NCBI RefSeq assembly: GCF_008831285.2
Contig: NC_045138.2
Coordinates: 21,700,001-21,764,000, forward strand
Direction: 5' to 3'
DNA length: 64,000 nt
Source of the DNA: Nymphaea colorata
Taxonomy: Eukaryota
The translations under genes were made by a program, and so were the position numbers. Below, piece after piece: positions 48,271 through 62,482 of this stretch. A model generated the notes under the pieces. It searched no databases. It saw nothing but the letters and a program-made list of their open reading frames with translations, and was not told the DNA's origin. Within the stretch, counting starts at the first letter, position 1, and the number at the start of each line of letters is the position of its first letter.

Positions 48271-48834
48271 TGCAATGGTTGAACTTTAATACTAATAAAT
48301 GTGTGGCTATAATAAAAAGCAAAGGATAGAAAACTTGCCTTGTTTATTCTATATGCTACATAAAGACAAAATGAAGTGCTGCACTATTAGTTCAGCTAAT
48401 CTTAGGCCCACTAACCTTTTGACTGAAAACCCATATCAGGTATTACCCTTTCTGGTATTTCTAATATGAGTAGAACTCTTTTTGACATTCAATCTTGTGG
48501 GTTTTAGCGATCAATTGAAATAAAACCATTGTAAAATTACATTTTTTATAAGATTAATCGCTAACTACCTTTAAAAAGTACAAAAATGATTTACTTACGT
48601 TTCTATGCCAATATGCCACTTGGTTCATGACAGAAACAAAGGAAAATTTACCTTTTTCTTGGTGTTACTAAAAGCACATTAATTTTTTTCTAGTTTGAAA
48701 GAGATGGAATGTTATCTTAGCAAACAGTGTCGCAGTTTTTTCAATTTATTCATGCGAATTTTTCCTGATTCAGCATCCAACACTTTTACATATACTTTCT
48801 CTTAAGCACTGAAAACAGTACCTACTGGTACCTG

Positions 48835-49160
48835 ATGGGTAATAGATACCTGGCCAGACTTGGCCCCTGGCCGAGGCCCTAAAATGAGGCACCAAGCTGG
48901 CTGATAAGTTATCGTGCCGGCTGACTTGACCGAATAACTTATTTTTTAATATTATTTTATTTAATATATATATATATATAATTATACTTTGTTATGAATT
49001 ATTATATTCATCTATTAAATTATATTAAAATATATCTCTGTTATAATTGGGCTGCACGGGGCTTAGGCAATAAGGTTGGGTTTGGGCTGCAGTCACAGGC
49101 TGCAGCCCAACTCGAGCCCGACTTCTTATTGAGCTGACCTGACCCATGCCCAACCCTAGT
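48835..49160. mobile_element. hAT-type MITE (GGGCC/CCCGA-rich ends, AT-rich core)
   Basis: Ends CCCATGCCCAACCCTA; similar architecture at 61045-61310 and in the subterminal regions of 11022-17270. Confidence 0.5.
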
Positions 49161-49890
49161 ACCAGCTCAAAAAAAAAAAAAACACCCAACCGAAGGCTGA
49201 CTTTTTATTATGCCAAGCCGGCCCGATACCCGCCCTGAAAAAATGAAAAATAGCACTTTGATTTGCAAGTCCAAGTTCCAACCATTGATACATGACCTTA
49301 GTTATGAATAACTAGCAACACAAAGACTCTAAAATGCTAGAATTTGCCCTAAACATCAAGTCAAACATATTAGCGGTAAAATTATGTGGGGAGTAGGCAG
49401 GAAGGCTTCACTTTGCTTAAAATACTAAAAACAAACACCACGTAGAAAAAGAAGAAGAAGAAGGAGAAGAAATAGTAACTGAAGAGCAAAATAACAGGTT
49501 TCGTCGTCACCCTCCTAACAGCCACATAAGCATCCAGTCTCTTTCATTCTCTAACATCCTCTAAGAGACGGCTGTGGAAAGCAGAACAGAGAAAAGAAAA
49601 GTAGGTCAAAGTAATGTTGTTAATATCATTGTGTATGTATCAAGCAATACATATCATATTGGCTCCTTGGCGACATGTGCCGACATTTACAACACCAACA
49701 AAGAGAGTGAGGAAGAAAGGATAGACATGAATATATCAGTTTCAAAATGAGTCTTGCTTAACTCATTCGTCTATTGCTGAACTCATTCGTTTATGTAGAA
49801 AAATGGGTTTTCCAACAGCAAATGTAAACATGGCAGTCACTCTACCTTAAGGGCTAAAACAAGCTCGGAAGAGAAACAAACAAGAGGACA

Positions 49891-50346
49891 TGTAAACAAC
49901 CCACCCCGCTCTTGGGCTTGGACCCCTAATTCAGTGGACCCCAACTCACACCCTAGCAGTTTCAGGTTTAACCCAAAAAATGATAGGAACTAGGACAATC
50001 GTTTCATTAATGACCTCTCATTTATAAGCCCTTGAAGATCTCACACAATCTTCAATACGAGACTAAACTTTTGGAGCGTTATAATCTACCACCTTAAGGC
50101 ACGCGCATCCATGCATGGGACTCTAGGTCCAAGTGTTGAACCGGCTCTGATACCGCTCTAACAACCCAACCCACTCTTGGGCTCGAACTCTTGGTTCTGG
50201 ATCCAAACCCGCTCCCTAGCAATTTTGGCTTTAATATTAAAAAGGATATAAACCAAACCAATCATTTCATTAATGACCTCCCTTTTATAAGCCATTGAAG
50301 ATCTTTCATAATCTTCAATAGGAGACTAAACTTTTATGACGCTACA
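49891..50346 (-). mobile_element. Complete uninterrupted TRIM (456 bp)
   Basis: Two LTRs (~50346-50157 and ~50082-49891) homologous to 8786-8977. PBS on the minus strand (plus GCTCTGATACCG, 50144-50155), PPT remnant (plus ATCTACCACCTT). Perfect TSD GGACA at 49886-49890 and 50347-50351. Confidence 0.9.
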
Positions 50347-52772
50347 GGACACCAAAAGCTAAATGAACCAGATTTACAATGTTTTGGTTAAAAGAGACAA
50401 AATATCATGAGCAAGTTGTTGTTGCAGAATTTGCACTCTATGAAAGGAATTGCCATATTTGCATTGTCATCTCTGAAAGGGATGACATCCTTTGAACGTG
50501 GCCGAAAGTCTTCTAAGCCAAAGCTTGTTGTTAGAAGTCAGCAATATATTCTCAAACCTCTTCAAAACACCAACCATCAAGAGCTGATGAACGATATGAC
50601 TCCCACCACACTACTACCTGGTCAACCTGTAGTCCAGTCGAGTATTTAAACAAAAAGGCGATCAGCTCTCTTCCGTTAGAAGCTATAGAGGCAACTTGCA
50701 GACACACTTAACCTGTGAATATAAGGGGGCACTTGTTAGGAACAATCCCAGTAGCTAGAACCTAGAGGACATTTCTGTCATTTACAAAATTCTTGAGGGA
50801 AGCATAGAAGCCATCAACACAAACCCACCAGATGGCATAAGAGTCTTGTTGAGGAGACAAGGCTTCTTCATTATGGATTGTCGAATTGCGCCTACACCAT
50901 ATTCTCCAAAGAATTCAAAATGAATATGTACACAATGCCTTCACATGTAAATATATATTCAACTGAGCACACAAATGCATATGTAAATCAAAACATACAC
51001 ACAAGAAGGATTACTAAAGCAAGAGCAACAGATGCTCAAAGTACAAGAGACGTATGGATGCACATGATGTCTTTATTTATCCCTTCTACACGATTAGTGG
51101 GCAAATAAATTTTACTATGTTGGTAAAACTTACCTTGGTGAAACTCGCCCATTGGAGTTTGGAATGTTGTTGGTGTTAAAATAAAGGATGAAAAGGTTGG
51201 TAGCTCCAGAGGCCTTCAACATTCTTTTTTCCTTATAAACAAACAGAGGGCTTTATTCATTATTCCACTTGAAGAAAGCACTAGAATTTACAAAAAAGAA
51301 AGGGACACTTTAGCTATGATCGCTCCATATTTAGTGGATATAGATGCAATTTAATCCTTGTGCTTAAAACCCTTCATTATAGCTGAGTTTCTAATAATTC
51401 AGTAGTTAGCTAAAATAAATATCTAATATAGTGATTGGATAAAAAAGGCAAAAGAAAAATATCAGCAACATAGTGGGAGAACCATTTTCATGAGGAGCGG
51501 AGCCAGAATATTTTGGTTAAGGGGCACTCTAAGATTAAATTTCATGCTTTAAAGGGGAACTTATATGCAAAAATACGAAAATTAGTGCAGTTTGTATATG
51601 TTACCAAAGTAAATTTTGTGGGCTGGGGTGAGCAATTGTCTGCCATGCCAGCTACAACGGAGCTCCGCTATTGGACGGAGCTATGATTTTTCTCTTAGTA
51701 ACACTGAAAGGTCTACGGACGGACTGTCGTAGGGCGGACTATATCATGTAAAAACTTTTTATAGGGCCAATTAAAATTTTTGAAAATATTACTAGGTAGA
51801 TATTTATTTTTCAAAATCTCAGGGGCCCATGGCCCTCGCTTGCCTCCCCTCCCCAAGATTCGCCTCTACATGTCTTATGCTCATAGCTATTATAACAAAA
51901 ACATCTCTCACTTGGCCACCAGACCCATCTGATCTCCTCTCACTTTTGCAGGTTTTTCAAGTACATATTATGTAGTTCTCTATCATTGGCATGCCATCAT
52001 AACTCAGTTATCAATATAAACCTCAACGATTATATCAAGTAACAAAGCAATCAACAACTTTCTTATCATATCATATACATAATGATATTTTGCCATTATA
52101 CATTCGCTTTTTGAGCCATGCAACTCCACTTCTTATTGATATCACTCTTCAGTTATCATGGAACAATTGAACAAGTGCACCAATCATGCCTAACTTCAAA
52201 GCTTCTATCAAACAGTTTATTCAAATTAAAAAAATAGTTGCAACATTACTTTTTAAGTGTGTTGAATTTATTTAGTTAAGACTAAACTCATCAACGTATG
52301 AACCATTATCAAACGTCTCACAGCAGCTGACTTCTATTTTTGCCATCAAAGAAAGCTAATTACATAGGGGAATATCCTATTTTGGCATTCGAATTCTATA
52401 AACTCAAAAGGAAAATGATGAGAGCAAATTTCTCGTTTTGTATCATACTCATTCTGCTCCCACCCACTTAACATTTTCTTATGGATTGGAGATACAAAGA
52501 TTTTTCCTTTTATTTCCCGTCATCTCACTTCTTCTCTCTAATATCTGGACACAATTTTATTTTCCGTCCTTCCGTTTCCCTTGTTTCCCTCCATATAAAC
52601 ATTGTTGAAGTTCGAAGAATGGTAGTTGCCGATCTTAGATGCTTCTTTTCTCATGAAAAATGTAATGCTTCTGTTTTCATGAAAAATGTGAGACCGCTCT
52701 AGGTCTGACAATGTTTTCATTCAAAAGATTTCGTCACTAACAAACATTTTCAAGGGAAAAAAAATTGGCATC

Positions 52773-53303
52773 TTTAGTATGTCAATATATTCGATTTAGA
52801 TCCGACATCCAATCAAACCTTTCTGAAAAAATCAGATGTGAAAAACAATCTAATATCCGATTAAGAAATCAGACTGGAATCAGATTTAATAAATGACATT
52901 TAATCGGAGTTGGATTTAGATTCAGATATACATAAATATCCGATTGGATTCAGCTACAGATCCGGATTGAATTGGATTCAGATACATTCGATCAGATTTA
53001 ATAAATCAGATTGGATTCAGATACAGATCCGGATCGGATTTATTTTTAAACAAATATTCTATATTTAATGCTCTTGTATTTTGAAAATTGGGCAAATTCG
53101 ATTCAAAAATGGGCTTTGAATATGAATGTAAAAATTGGATTCAGATCGAATTCAGATTGTGAAACCAGATTTGGACTTGGATTCAGAGATAACTTTTCTT
53201 TATTCGTATTTGAGTCAAAATTCGAATCTGACTATATGAATATCTGAAAAACAGATATGGTTAAGAGTATACACTATTCAAATCCAATCCGTTGACATCC
53301 CTA
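52773..53303. mobile_element. hAT-type MITE (TAGGGATGTCAA family)
   Basis: TAGTATGTCAA ... TTGACATCCCTA termini and many GGATTCAGAT/ATCCGA repeats; a further fragment at ~53790-53930. Confidence 0.7.
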
Positions 53304-55673
53304 ATCACTACTCATATATGTAGTTCAACTTAGTGGGTTTCCATTCTTAAGACCAAGCTCTTTCTTCCCACTATGGCTCTACTGATATGCTCAAAATCTT
53401 TTTTGTGTGTCGGCGATAAGTCAAAATGATCGTCCATGTAGCCACTCATAAAAATTAGATGTTGATTAGAGTTCGAAATCAATATGGGATTTGAACCCAC
53501 TAATGGTGGATTCACAATCCACTAACTTAATCCACTTAGCTACACCTACCCTTGATCCAATTAAGAGCCATGTCATATTTAGCTTTAGCCTTCATCATAG
53601 GCTCTTCTTTCTTAATCTCATTTTCTTTGCACCAAGATATAGTTACTTATCTATTATATACCCTGTCATAAGAGGCCAACCATGTTACAGTAACAATTAA
53701 CAATAATGCATTTATAAAGTTAAAGAAACCTAATTACATTATTAGGAAATGAATCAGCATCTAGTTTTGAATCCAAATTCAATGCTCTCACATTTTGAAA
53801 AACGGCTAGATTTGGTTCAAAATTTGGATTTGGATTCAGAAGTGAATGTAAAAGTAGGATTTGGATTTAGATATGATTTTTTTGTTTTTTTTTTGTATTT
53901 GAACCCGAATATGTGAATATCCAAAAAAAAATCTTTCTTCAATGTCTGGTTGTGCTCTTTGTTTAACCAATTATTGTGGGGTCACAACAGGATCCGGTCA
54001 CCAGGAAAATGGTTTGAAGAGGTGAGAGAAACTTGTGGTCAAGAAGTCTTGGCTGCTGGCCTCCTCCTGCTTGCGCAGATTTTTTTAAAGCTTCCATGGT
54101 ACATGCATGTTGGCACCCCACTTTCTGTCCCACATTCATCAACTTGTAGTCCAACTCCAGACGATGACAAAGTGAATCAGATTATCTATTGGTTTACTGC
54201 CAAGAAAGCAAAACTGAAGAAGACTACCAGCTATGGCAAGAAAGGTGATTCCAGATGACTTAATTATGCCTTAGCAAGTAAATATTGTGCTTTCCCCATC
54301 TCAACACCAGAATCTGAACCGATCACTATTGATGACCCATTGCTCGCGCTTGTTCATGAGAAACAGTCAGGTGTATCAGATTTCACCTACCACTACTCAT
54401 GGCAGCTGACCGGATCATGGGTGAAACCAATATCAGGAGAATAGTGCAAACAGTTGCAATGGAGATCAAATTGTAGATGAAAGATGAGACAGGTCAGATT
54501 GTGACCCATCAGCAAAACTGCAACTCACTGCAGAAGTCCTTATTTTTACATTGATCGGATTGTTCAGTTAAACAAAATTTGGTAAGGTTTCAAGTTACTG
54601 CTCTGCATCTTTCCTTCCCATTGGTTTAGGAGCAGTTAAAAACCTGCAAATGTTCGTTTATCATTAAAGATAAGCATCAGTTTCTTTAGAATTTTCATGA
54701 TTTATTACCATCGTCCTATCTATTGCCTTCCCCTTTGTTTTCCTCTAAAGGAACCTCTAGAAACCAGACAGCTATTGTCAGGGAGTAAATGGTGCGATCT
54801 CAGTAAGTCCATGCGTGCCTAAGAAGATGACTGGAGAGAATCACCTTACAGCCCTTTTCAGTTCCCCTTCTTAGTTCTTACCCACTGCTCTCCACCTGTC
54901 TTTACTCTCAGCCTTGAGCCTTCCGTCAACAAGATTGTGGGTCGGATGTGAAAATAACAGGAAGTATCCAACTTCACCTAGAACCTTGAGTGATGGTGCA
55001 TGTGAAGGAGGACATGAACCAGTGGCCACAAAATTTCACATTATCAAAAATGTCAGAAGAATCCATGCGAAGCGTCTTCTACCACACTTTGCAGCTTGGT
55101 CCATTTTGATATGATTTGCATTGTTTTGGAACCACTCTGTTGGCTTTTTATGTGATGATGTGTCCATGACACCTTGCCCTCGATTTCAAAGCCACAAATA
55201 AAGGAACACGAAAATAAAAGGAAAGAGAAGAAAAAATACCGAATTTATTTAGTTTCAATGGCAACAATTGAGTATAAGGAGGTGAATCAAGAATAATTTT
55301 CATTTGTACTATCAAATTTAACCATCGACATGATAATGCCAAATATTTTTCCAGTTCACATACAAAAGGGAATAAGCCTCGTTGAAGCTTCAGATGGGGT
55401 GATAAAAGGGTGAAAAGGAAGAAAAATCAGCATAGGCACTGTACATGAAAATACTCTAGACGATTAAGACGCAAATTACTTGCAACCTTAACCCATATAC
55501 AATTTCCTTTGAGGGAAAGAAATTTTGATGCTGCCCTTCCAGGAAGTGAATTATGGACTCCTGTGAATCAGACTTCAAAGGCAGGAAAATCCATATTATC
55601 TAGAGCTACATGAAGAATGAATCTTACCGTCCCTTCCAAATAAGTGGGAATTTGAGCTACTCTTTGGAAGTTT

Positions 55674-58600
55674 TCACTCTGTGGACCTCTCGAATGGAAG
55701 CTTCTTGTTGCCTCTTTCAAGTGCATCTCTCCATATTCTGTACCTTACTCCAAGCTTATCATATACCACAGGCCAGTTCCAAACATTTGCCCCATTGATC
55801 ATCCGCTCTTGCTGACCTTCCACAAGCCTTAGATCCTCATTTAAGACCTGCATGCAGTGTCTGATCAGTTATAACACGAAATTCCGGAAGCAACAGTGAT
55901 GTCATTTTATGACTATGCAACCATTAGGTCATGCAGATAGCAAAGTCTTGTCGGAATGGTTAGCATAGGAATGCTGGTTCGGAATACAGCTGCAGTTAGG
56001 AGTTACCTTAGGAGCCAAGGAATTCATTTGGATGATTATCTCAAGTGCAGAAAAAACAAAGACCAATCTAATATGATTGATCAAAAAACATGTGAATGGA
56101 ACACCTAACAGTCTCTAGAAAGACAGCACAGGCATGCAAACAGCTGTTTGTGTGTGAGAATGTGAAGAAAATCACCATTTCCACATTTTCTCTGAACAAG
56201 AGAAGGGGCTCATGTTCTCTGCTAAATATTCTGCATGGATGTATGTACACAATTGCATTGCTAAGTTTCTTTGGTAAAGAGAAGATGACTTGCCTTTTCT
56301 GCAAAATGCCTCCACAGAATTTGCATGAAGGGAAGGTGTTGGAGAAATGGAGCAAAATCCAAAGACATCCTGTATAAAAGTCGTGTTTTATGCCTGGTTG
56401 AAGGCAGACACACGTGGAGTTGATGTAGATGGGTGGAGCACTGCCTCGTGTTCTGTCCCTCCAACCTCCCTGGCTTAGAAATTCCGATGGTTGATATTAC
56501 CATACAAGGTGGCCCGAACTCCATGTCAATTGGATATGGATCCCAATGCCCTTGTAGTCCATTTCCCGGTGTTAGGAACTTCACTAGGCTGCAAAGGTCA
56601 GTGCAGCTTCATAGTGAACAAAACAAGAATTCTATGGCATTTCCTTTTCCTAATCAAACATTTGATCACAAGGAATTTCTTAAAATGAAGTTCAGCGAAT
56701 AGACCTTGGTACGCTCCATCCTTTTGCAAAGGTAGATGTGTGAGTGAATGGTGCATGTGCAAGATCCAAAAGATTGTCTATAAGCAGCCCATGCTCAATA
56801 GGTATCTCCATTGTTATCTGAAAGAACAGCACAAAGTAAAACATATATGTATCAAGCTACTACAACAAGGATAAACTTGATATATGTGAGTTCATAAATT
56901 TTTTCATCAATTGAATTTTATGGAATGCCCTGTGGTGGATCACATATATACACTCCTCTGACTTGGCAATGTGCAGACAATCCAACAGTATGGTAGACCA
57001 TTACCTCCGCATGGATCACAAATCCTGGTGGAGGTTTCAAAGAAGGAAGGGTGGCTGCAGGAGGTGCATCTCCAGGCCAGATCCACACAAATCCATCCTG
57101 TTCAAAGCATGGTAGAGACCTTATTCGTATATCCAGCAACCTTGCTGATGGCATTTTCTGACATTTGCCATCAGTTGAAAACTCCCAACCTAAGGCAAAC
57201 AGATTGCTTAGTCAACAGAAGAAAGTTGGGTCCTGTCTTAACAAGAACTTCAGCAAATGCACGATAAACACATTGCACTTTCAACAATGTACTTGAGAAT
57301 TTTTTGAAATTTTTACAAAATATCAACAGAAAAACTTCAAGTTAGTCTGGACAGCTGTATTTCAAAATAAGAATTACTCTAAGCGGATTGAGTTTCCACT
57401 AAGGAAAGTTTAATATATAGTTTCTTCCACTGTACTAACCATGGTAAGGGCACTGGATATTGCCATCAACTACAGAACCAAGATGAAGAGGACAAGCTCT
57501 GTGAGCACATGTATTTTGGACACAGCCAACTTTTCCATCTTTCCCACGAAACAACACCCATGGCTCCTCAAAGCAGTCTATCGGAATCTGAATCAAAATA
57601 AACAGCATATGTTATTGTTCTGTAATTTGATCACTCTTACAGCAAGGATATTAAAATCCTACAATAAAAGATCTATGCCAAGCCATGTTGGAATGCACAG
57701 GGCTTTCCAGCTGCATTTGCATAGATCTACTACCGTGACTGTCCCGACATTGGTAAAGAAAAATATGAGAGGAAACATTTATCCGTTACTGCACTGCAGC
57801 TGATGTTCACAGACAGCATAAAACCATAATGAAAGAAAAGGAACACAAGAATGTGGTCCTTCATTGTCAAATGATCTTGCAGTTCTTGAAGTGTTTGAAA
57901 GAATTAAACTAGTCTGATATGAGGAAGGAGTTCAGATGCAGAAGGAAAATTAATCCGAACTTATTAGCTTGTTCATCAAGTAGAATTATTTACCATATTG
58001 TCATCTTTAACGTCATCTGAGAAAGCCACAGGATACCAGAAGTTCTTTAATCTTGGATGATATTTTTGTACAGGTCCTGACACATTCAAACTTCTTCGTG
58101 CGGTCCGGGGTTTGGCGATGTCATTAGATGCTGATGAAGTGCTTGGAGAGAGTGACAACCTATCAGATTCTGGGATGTTTTGTTTTTGCACCAGGCTCTC
58201 ATTCACGAGCTCCTCCATGAAGGCTAGCTTGTCCAGAGCTGCTGAAACTCTTGCTTCAGATATGTGAACCTGTTTGGGTTGAAGCTCAATAAATTTGAAG
58301 ACAGATAAAAGCAAAAAAATAAAACTTGGATATAAAATACACTGAACCTGTTTATGGGCTTCTGCAAGATCTTCTTGCAGCTCTGCAAGCTCTTTCTTCA
58401 CTGTGCCAATTGACTTGTATTCACGTGCCAAAGGATTGAGAACATCCACTACCTTCAATTAAGAAACTACGATCAGATGCTTCAATTAGATGACAAGTTT
58501 ATTTTGAAGCATCTACGCCCATGATATTTAAAAGAACGCATGCAATTTTTTATTTCATAAAAACCATGTATCCGAGTTGTTATAATTCCATCTTTAACCA

Positions 58601-60021
58601 TTAGCCACATGTGCTTTGTGAATTAGAACCACCAAAAAAGAAAAAAAAAAAACTACTAGAAAATGCTCCCTGCATTTACAGTTGCCAACAGTGTATGGAT
58701 CATCCAGATCTGTAGTTTAGGCAAATTATTCAGGATAAGAGATTTACTGGATAGCAGGATTGAAATGGCATAGCAATGCAGCCAATCAATGGAAGTTTTT
58801 TCTCCCTTAAGAACCAAATGGCGAAACTAGATGGTGATGAAATATATTCCAACCAAACCTATCCCAGAAATAGAATCCCATAAAAGATTTAGAGCAACAA
58901 AACTTTCTGCATCTAATTTATAGCAGTAAAGGGCTTTTCATATTTGTTGATTCAAGATCAACTAGATGAGTTCTTGTCAAAGACTCAAAGCAACAACTGA
59001 CAAGAAAGATTAGGAATTTTCCTAGACAAATCAGGTGGTAGTGTAGCAATATCGCCCATAAAATGCATCACCTCGCAAGCTCATAAGTGTTGGATCACCA
59101 TATGTAATGCACATTCACAGGGGGTACTACATCACAATCAGAAATACATTGGTGGACCGTGGATGAAATGACAACAAGTGGTGAACGAATACATAAAAAA
59201 ACAATTCTGCAAGGAGTAAATCGAATAACAAATGATGTTTACCCGAAATGTTTTTGCCTATGATGAAAGCAATCCAAGTGTCCAGTTACAACAGGCACAT
59301 ACACCATAAAAATTCAAATTTTAAACCACATTCTGCATAAGTATCAATGATTCCCTGATCACTGTAGCCTAATGTAGCCCAAAATCTTAAATTTCTTTCA
59401 ATAAGTAGAATAGAATCATATCACTCAGCTACACAAAGAACAAGTATTCAGGTATGCTATGAACATACGGACAACTACTGTAAGAACAATTTGCTGCTGA
59501 GTCAGCGGTATATGGTACCACGGCAGATACATGCCACTGATCACCGAAGCGAAAGAAGAAGAAAAACTTCAGGAGCCACAACGGGGGCAAAGAACTCACC
59601 TTGTCATGAAGCAACATGATGGTGAGCACGTCTTGCCGAGCTCGCCAATCACAGTACTGAATATCATAACGGGCGACCTCAAGCGCCTGGTTCATGTCCA
59701 GGAACTTGCCCTTGGACCGGAAGACCCTCGGCCTCGGATCCTCCACATCGAAGAGAGGATGCAAGCCACTCTTCTTCTCGATGCTGCTACCATCCACCTC
59801 CCCCACCACCGCAAACACGCCTACCCTTACCACTCTGCCCCCCTGCAACTTCTTATCACAAGAAATGGGCACAAGGAAGCAGATGAATCGTGAGCTCGCG
59901 ATCTCACTCAAATTACACTGAAAAAAGATGGTGGGTAGTCGATGATCACCTTTCTCGAGGAAAATCGAGGCGGCTTGCAGAGAGATATCGGCAGGGATAG
60001 CGCAGACAGTGCAGTGGTCAT
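55674..60021 (-). CDS. CAO: Chlorophyllide a oxygenase (chlorophyll b synthase), chloroplastic, 536 aa
   Basis: Exons 60021-59950, 59842-59600, 58452-58348, 58269-57994, 57587-57440, 57189-57005, 56817-56705, 56588-56294, 55847-55674 (1611 nt, phases consistent). A-domain [27 protein letters not shown], Rieske motif CAHRACPL...CPYHG, iron site [14 protein letters not shown]-terminal [19 protein letters not shown]. Confidence 0.97.
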
Positions 60022-60140
60022 GACGCTCAGCAAGAAGGAGAAAGAGAGAGAGAGAGAGAGAGAGCAGGGGAAGAGATGGGGGGGAGAGGAGGGAGGATGC
60101 GCGCTAAAGAGTGCTGGGAGCGTTTTGTTTGTTATTTGCA

Positions 60141-60216
60141 GATAAGAGGTGGAGAGTTGCCTCCGCGATCTCCGTTGCCCTCCCGCGGCGTGACACGTGG
60201 TGGGCGTTTCCACGTG
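60141..60216. promoter_or_regulatory. Light-responsive module of CAO: two G-boxes plus I-box core
   Basis: CACGTG at 60194-60199 (TGACACGTGG) and 60211-60216 (CCACGTGG); GATAAG at 60141-60146; all 120-195 bp upstream of the ATG. Confidence 0.65.
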
Positions 60217-61556
60217 GAGTGGGCAATAGCCACATCCTGCCCCCGACAGTGAAACAACGCCGATTTCATCTCCCTCTCTCTCTCCAAAAATCTTGAAGCT
60301 CTCGTCCCCCGATTGAAGAGGCTGCCCACCGCACTGAGGAAGATACTGAGGATCGATCCCATAGATTTTTCTTATTCACTGCTTCTTTTTCCTGTGGCTG
60401 CGGGGACATTGTTTTCAACAGCCCTCCCTAAAAATATAATACAGACAAAATTGACAAGTGAAAATTTTCATCTTTTGATTGAGAGGCGGAACTAGTAAGT
60501 AATTTTTAAATCATGAGTGAATTTTGTGGTTTTTATGTCTATTTTTTAATATATTTATTAAGAAAACTGTTTTTGGCTTAAAACCCAAAAAGTTATAAAG
60601 CTAGAGTGTATGATATATTCTTTAGAAATATATTTCTTAAAAAAATGAAATGAGAAAAATCTTTCAGATTTTCATTTTGACGTGTGTGTGATGACTAAGA
60701 AAATAACTCATTCAAACGTGATAGCGTTTGAACTTCTGACCTCTTGCTGCTGGGTGCTCCTTCCATGCTTGCTTTAAGAAAGGCTACATTTATGTTCATT
60801 CACCACACAGTTTTCACATTATCATTAATATTAAGCTCTGCCAACAATGGTTAAGTGTTTCTTCAACTGTTAGCAATCAAATGAATTAAAAGCACCGATG
60901 AATCAATTGGTTAGTGACAAATATAAATAGCTGATTAATCCAACCAAGAAAACCATGGAAGCCCTGATGAAGGTTCGAGAGTAGACAGGAGAGAGTGAAA
61001 GGGTTCACTTCAATGTAGACAGGATAGAGTGAAAGGGTTTAATCTGACACCCGAAATCCAGGTTCGAGTCCGGCTCAACACCTAAAACCTTAACACGAGC
61101 CCAGCCCAATTAAACTAAAAAATATATATATTAATCTAAATAATACGTAAGTATAATTAATCATAACAAAATATTATAATTATATTTAAAGATCAATTAT
61201 TAAAAAAAATCTTATCGGGCTGAATCGAGCTTTGTCAGGCCCACTCGGGTCGGCCTGATCAGGTCCAAGCCAGGCCAAGTACCGGGTACTCGATCCGATG
61301 CCCTAGCCTTAATAGTGAGTGGGAGAAAGTTAAGAAGCATGTATAAACTAATGATGCAAGCCATCTTTTACACTTCAAAAATCGAAGGCCTTTTGAGCTC
61401 ATTAAAATAAAGATTTGATTATTGACATGTGAATAGAGGACTAACGGCAAACGTTTTACTTAGACAACCCCCTTTTAGCCCACAAGCAAGAGACCATTAG
61501 GTATTGGTTCATTACTTCAATATCAGTATGATACAGATATATAAATTGGGGCTTGC

Positions 61557-62241
61557 TTTAACCGCTTAAGTCATGGGTAGTAGATAGCTAATCACTGGTT
61601 TGAATGTCAACGTCAAAGACATTTTCCTTATAGTGCAAGAGATGGTCACCGATGTGCAAGTTAAAGTACATCAAAGTAGAACCACGAGGCACCAACAAAA
61701 GCAGACCAAGTACTTGTATAAGTAAAAGCACATTGGGGGTAAGACTCTGAAGCATTTGAAGTAGGCTTAAGGGTAAGGAAAGGGATGGAGGAAGAGATGG
61801 GTTTTCAGCTCTCTACCGAGCGATAGAATATTAAAATACTTCTCTTGTTCATACTCAAATTTGTTGATCATCTTTGGCTGAAAAACAATAGGTTGATTAT
61901 ACTTATTTTTAACCGCTTAAGTCATGGGTAGTAGATAGCCAATCATTGGTTTGAATGTCAATGTCAAAGACATTTTCCTTGTACTGCATGCAAGAGATGG
62001 TCACCGATGTGTAAGTTAAAGTGCATCAAAGTAGAACCACGATGCACCAACAAAAGCAGACCAAGTACTTGTATAAGTAAAAGCACATTGGGGGTAGAGA
62101 TGGAGTTGAAGCATTTGAAGTAGGCTTAAGGGTAAGGAAAGGGATGAAAGAAGAGATGGGGTTTCAGCTCTCTACCGGGTGATAGGATATTAAAATACTT
62201 CTTTTGTTCATCCTCAAATTTGTTGATCATCTTTGGCTGAA
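61557..62241 (+). repeat. ~325-bp direct duplication (period 351)
   Basis: AACCGCTTAAGTCATGGGTAG at 61560 and 61911; both copies end TTGATCATCTTTGGCTGAA; scattered substitutions and small indels. Confidence 0.92.
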
Positions 62242-62407
62242 TTGATTAGACTGATTTTTATAGTCCAAAGGTATACGTGCAGATTGTCTGTATGTATAAT
62301 TAATGTTGGTTATTTTTCTTTAACCTCAACTTTTAACGTTAGTCCAAAGATAATACATGTGATCAAGCATTCTCTTGGTGGCCTTGGTAATATTGAGTCT
62401 CTCTCCT

Positions 62408-62446
<39 letters not shown>

Positions 62447-62482
62447 AGGTACTCCAATTTTGTTGAATATTAAAAACAAAAC

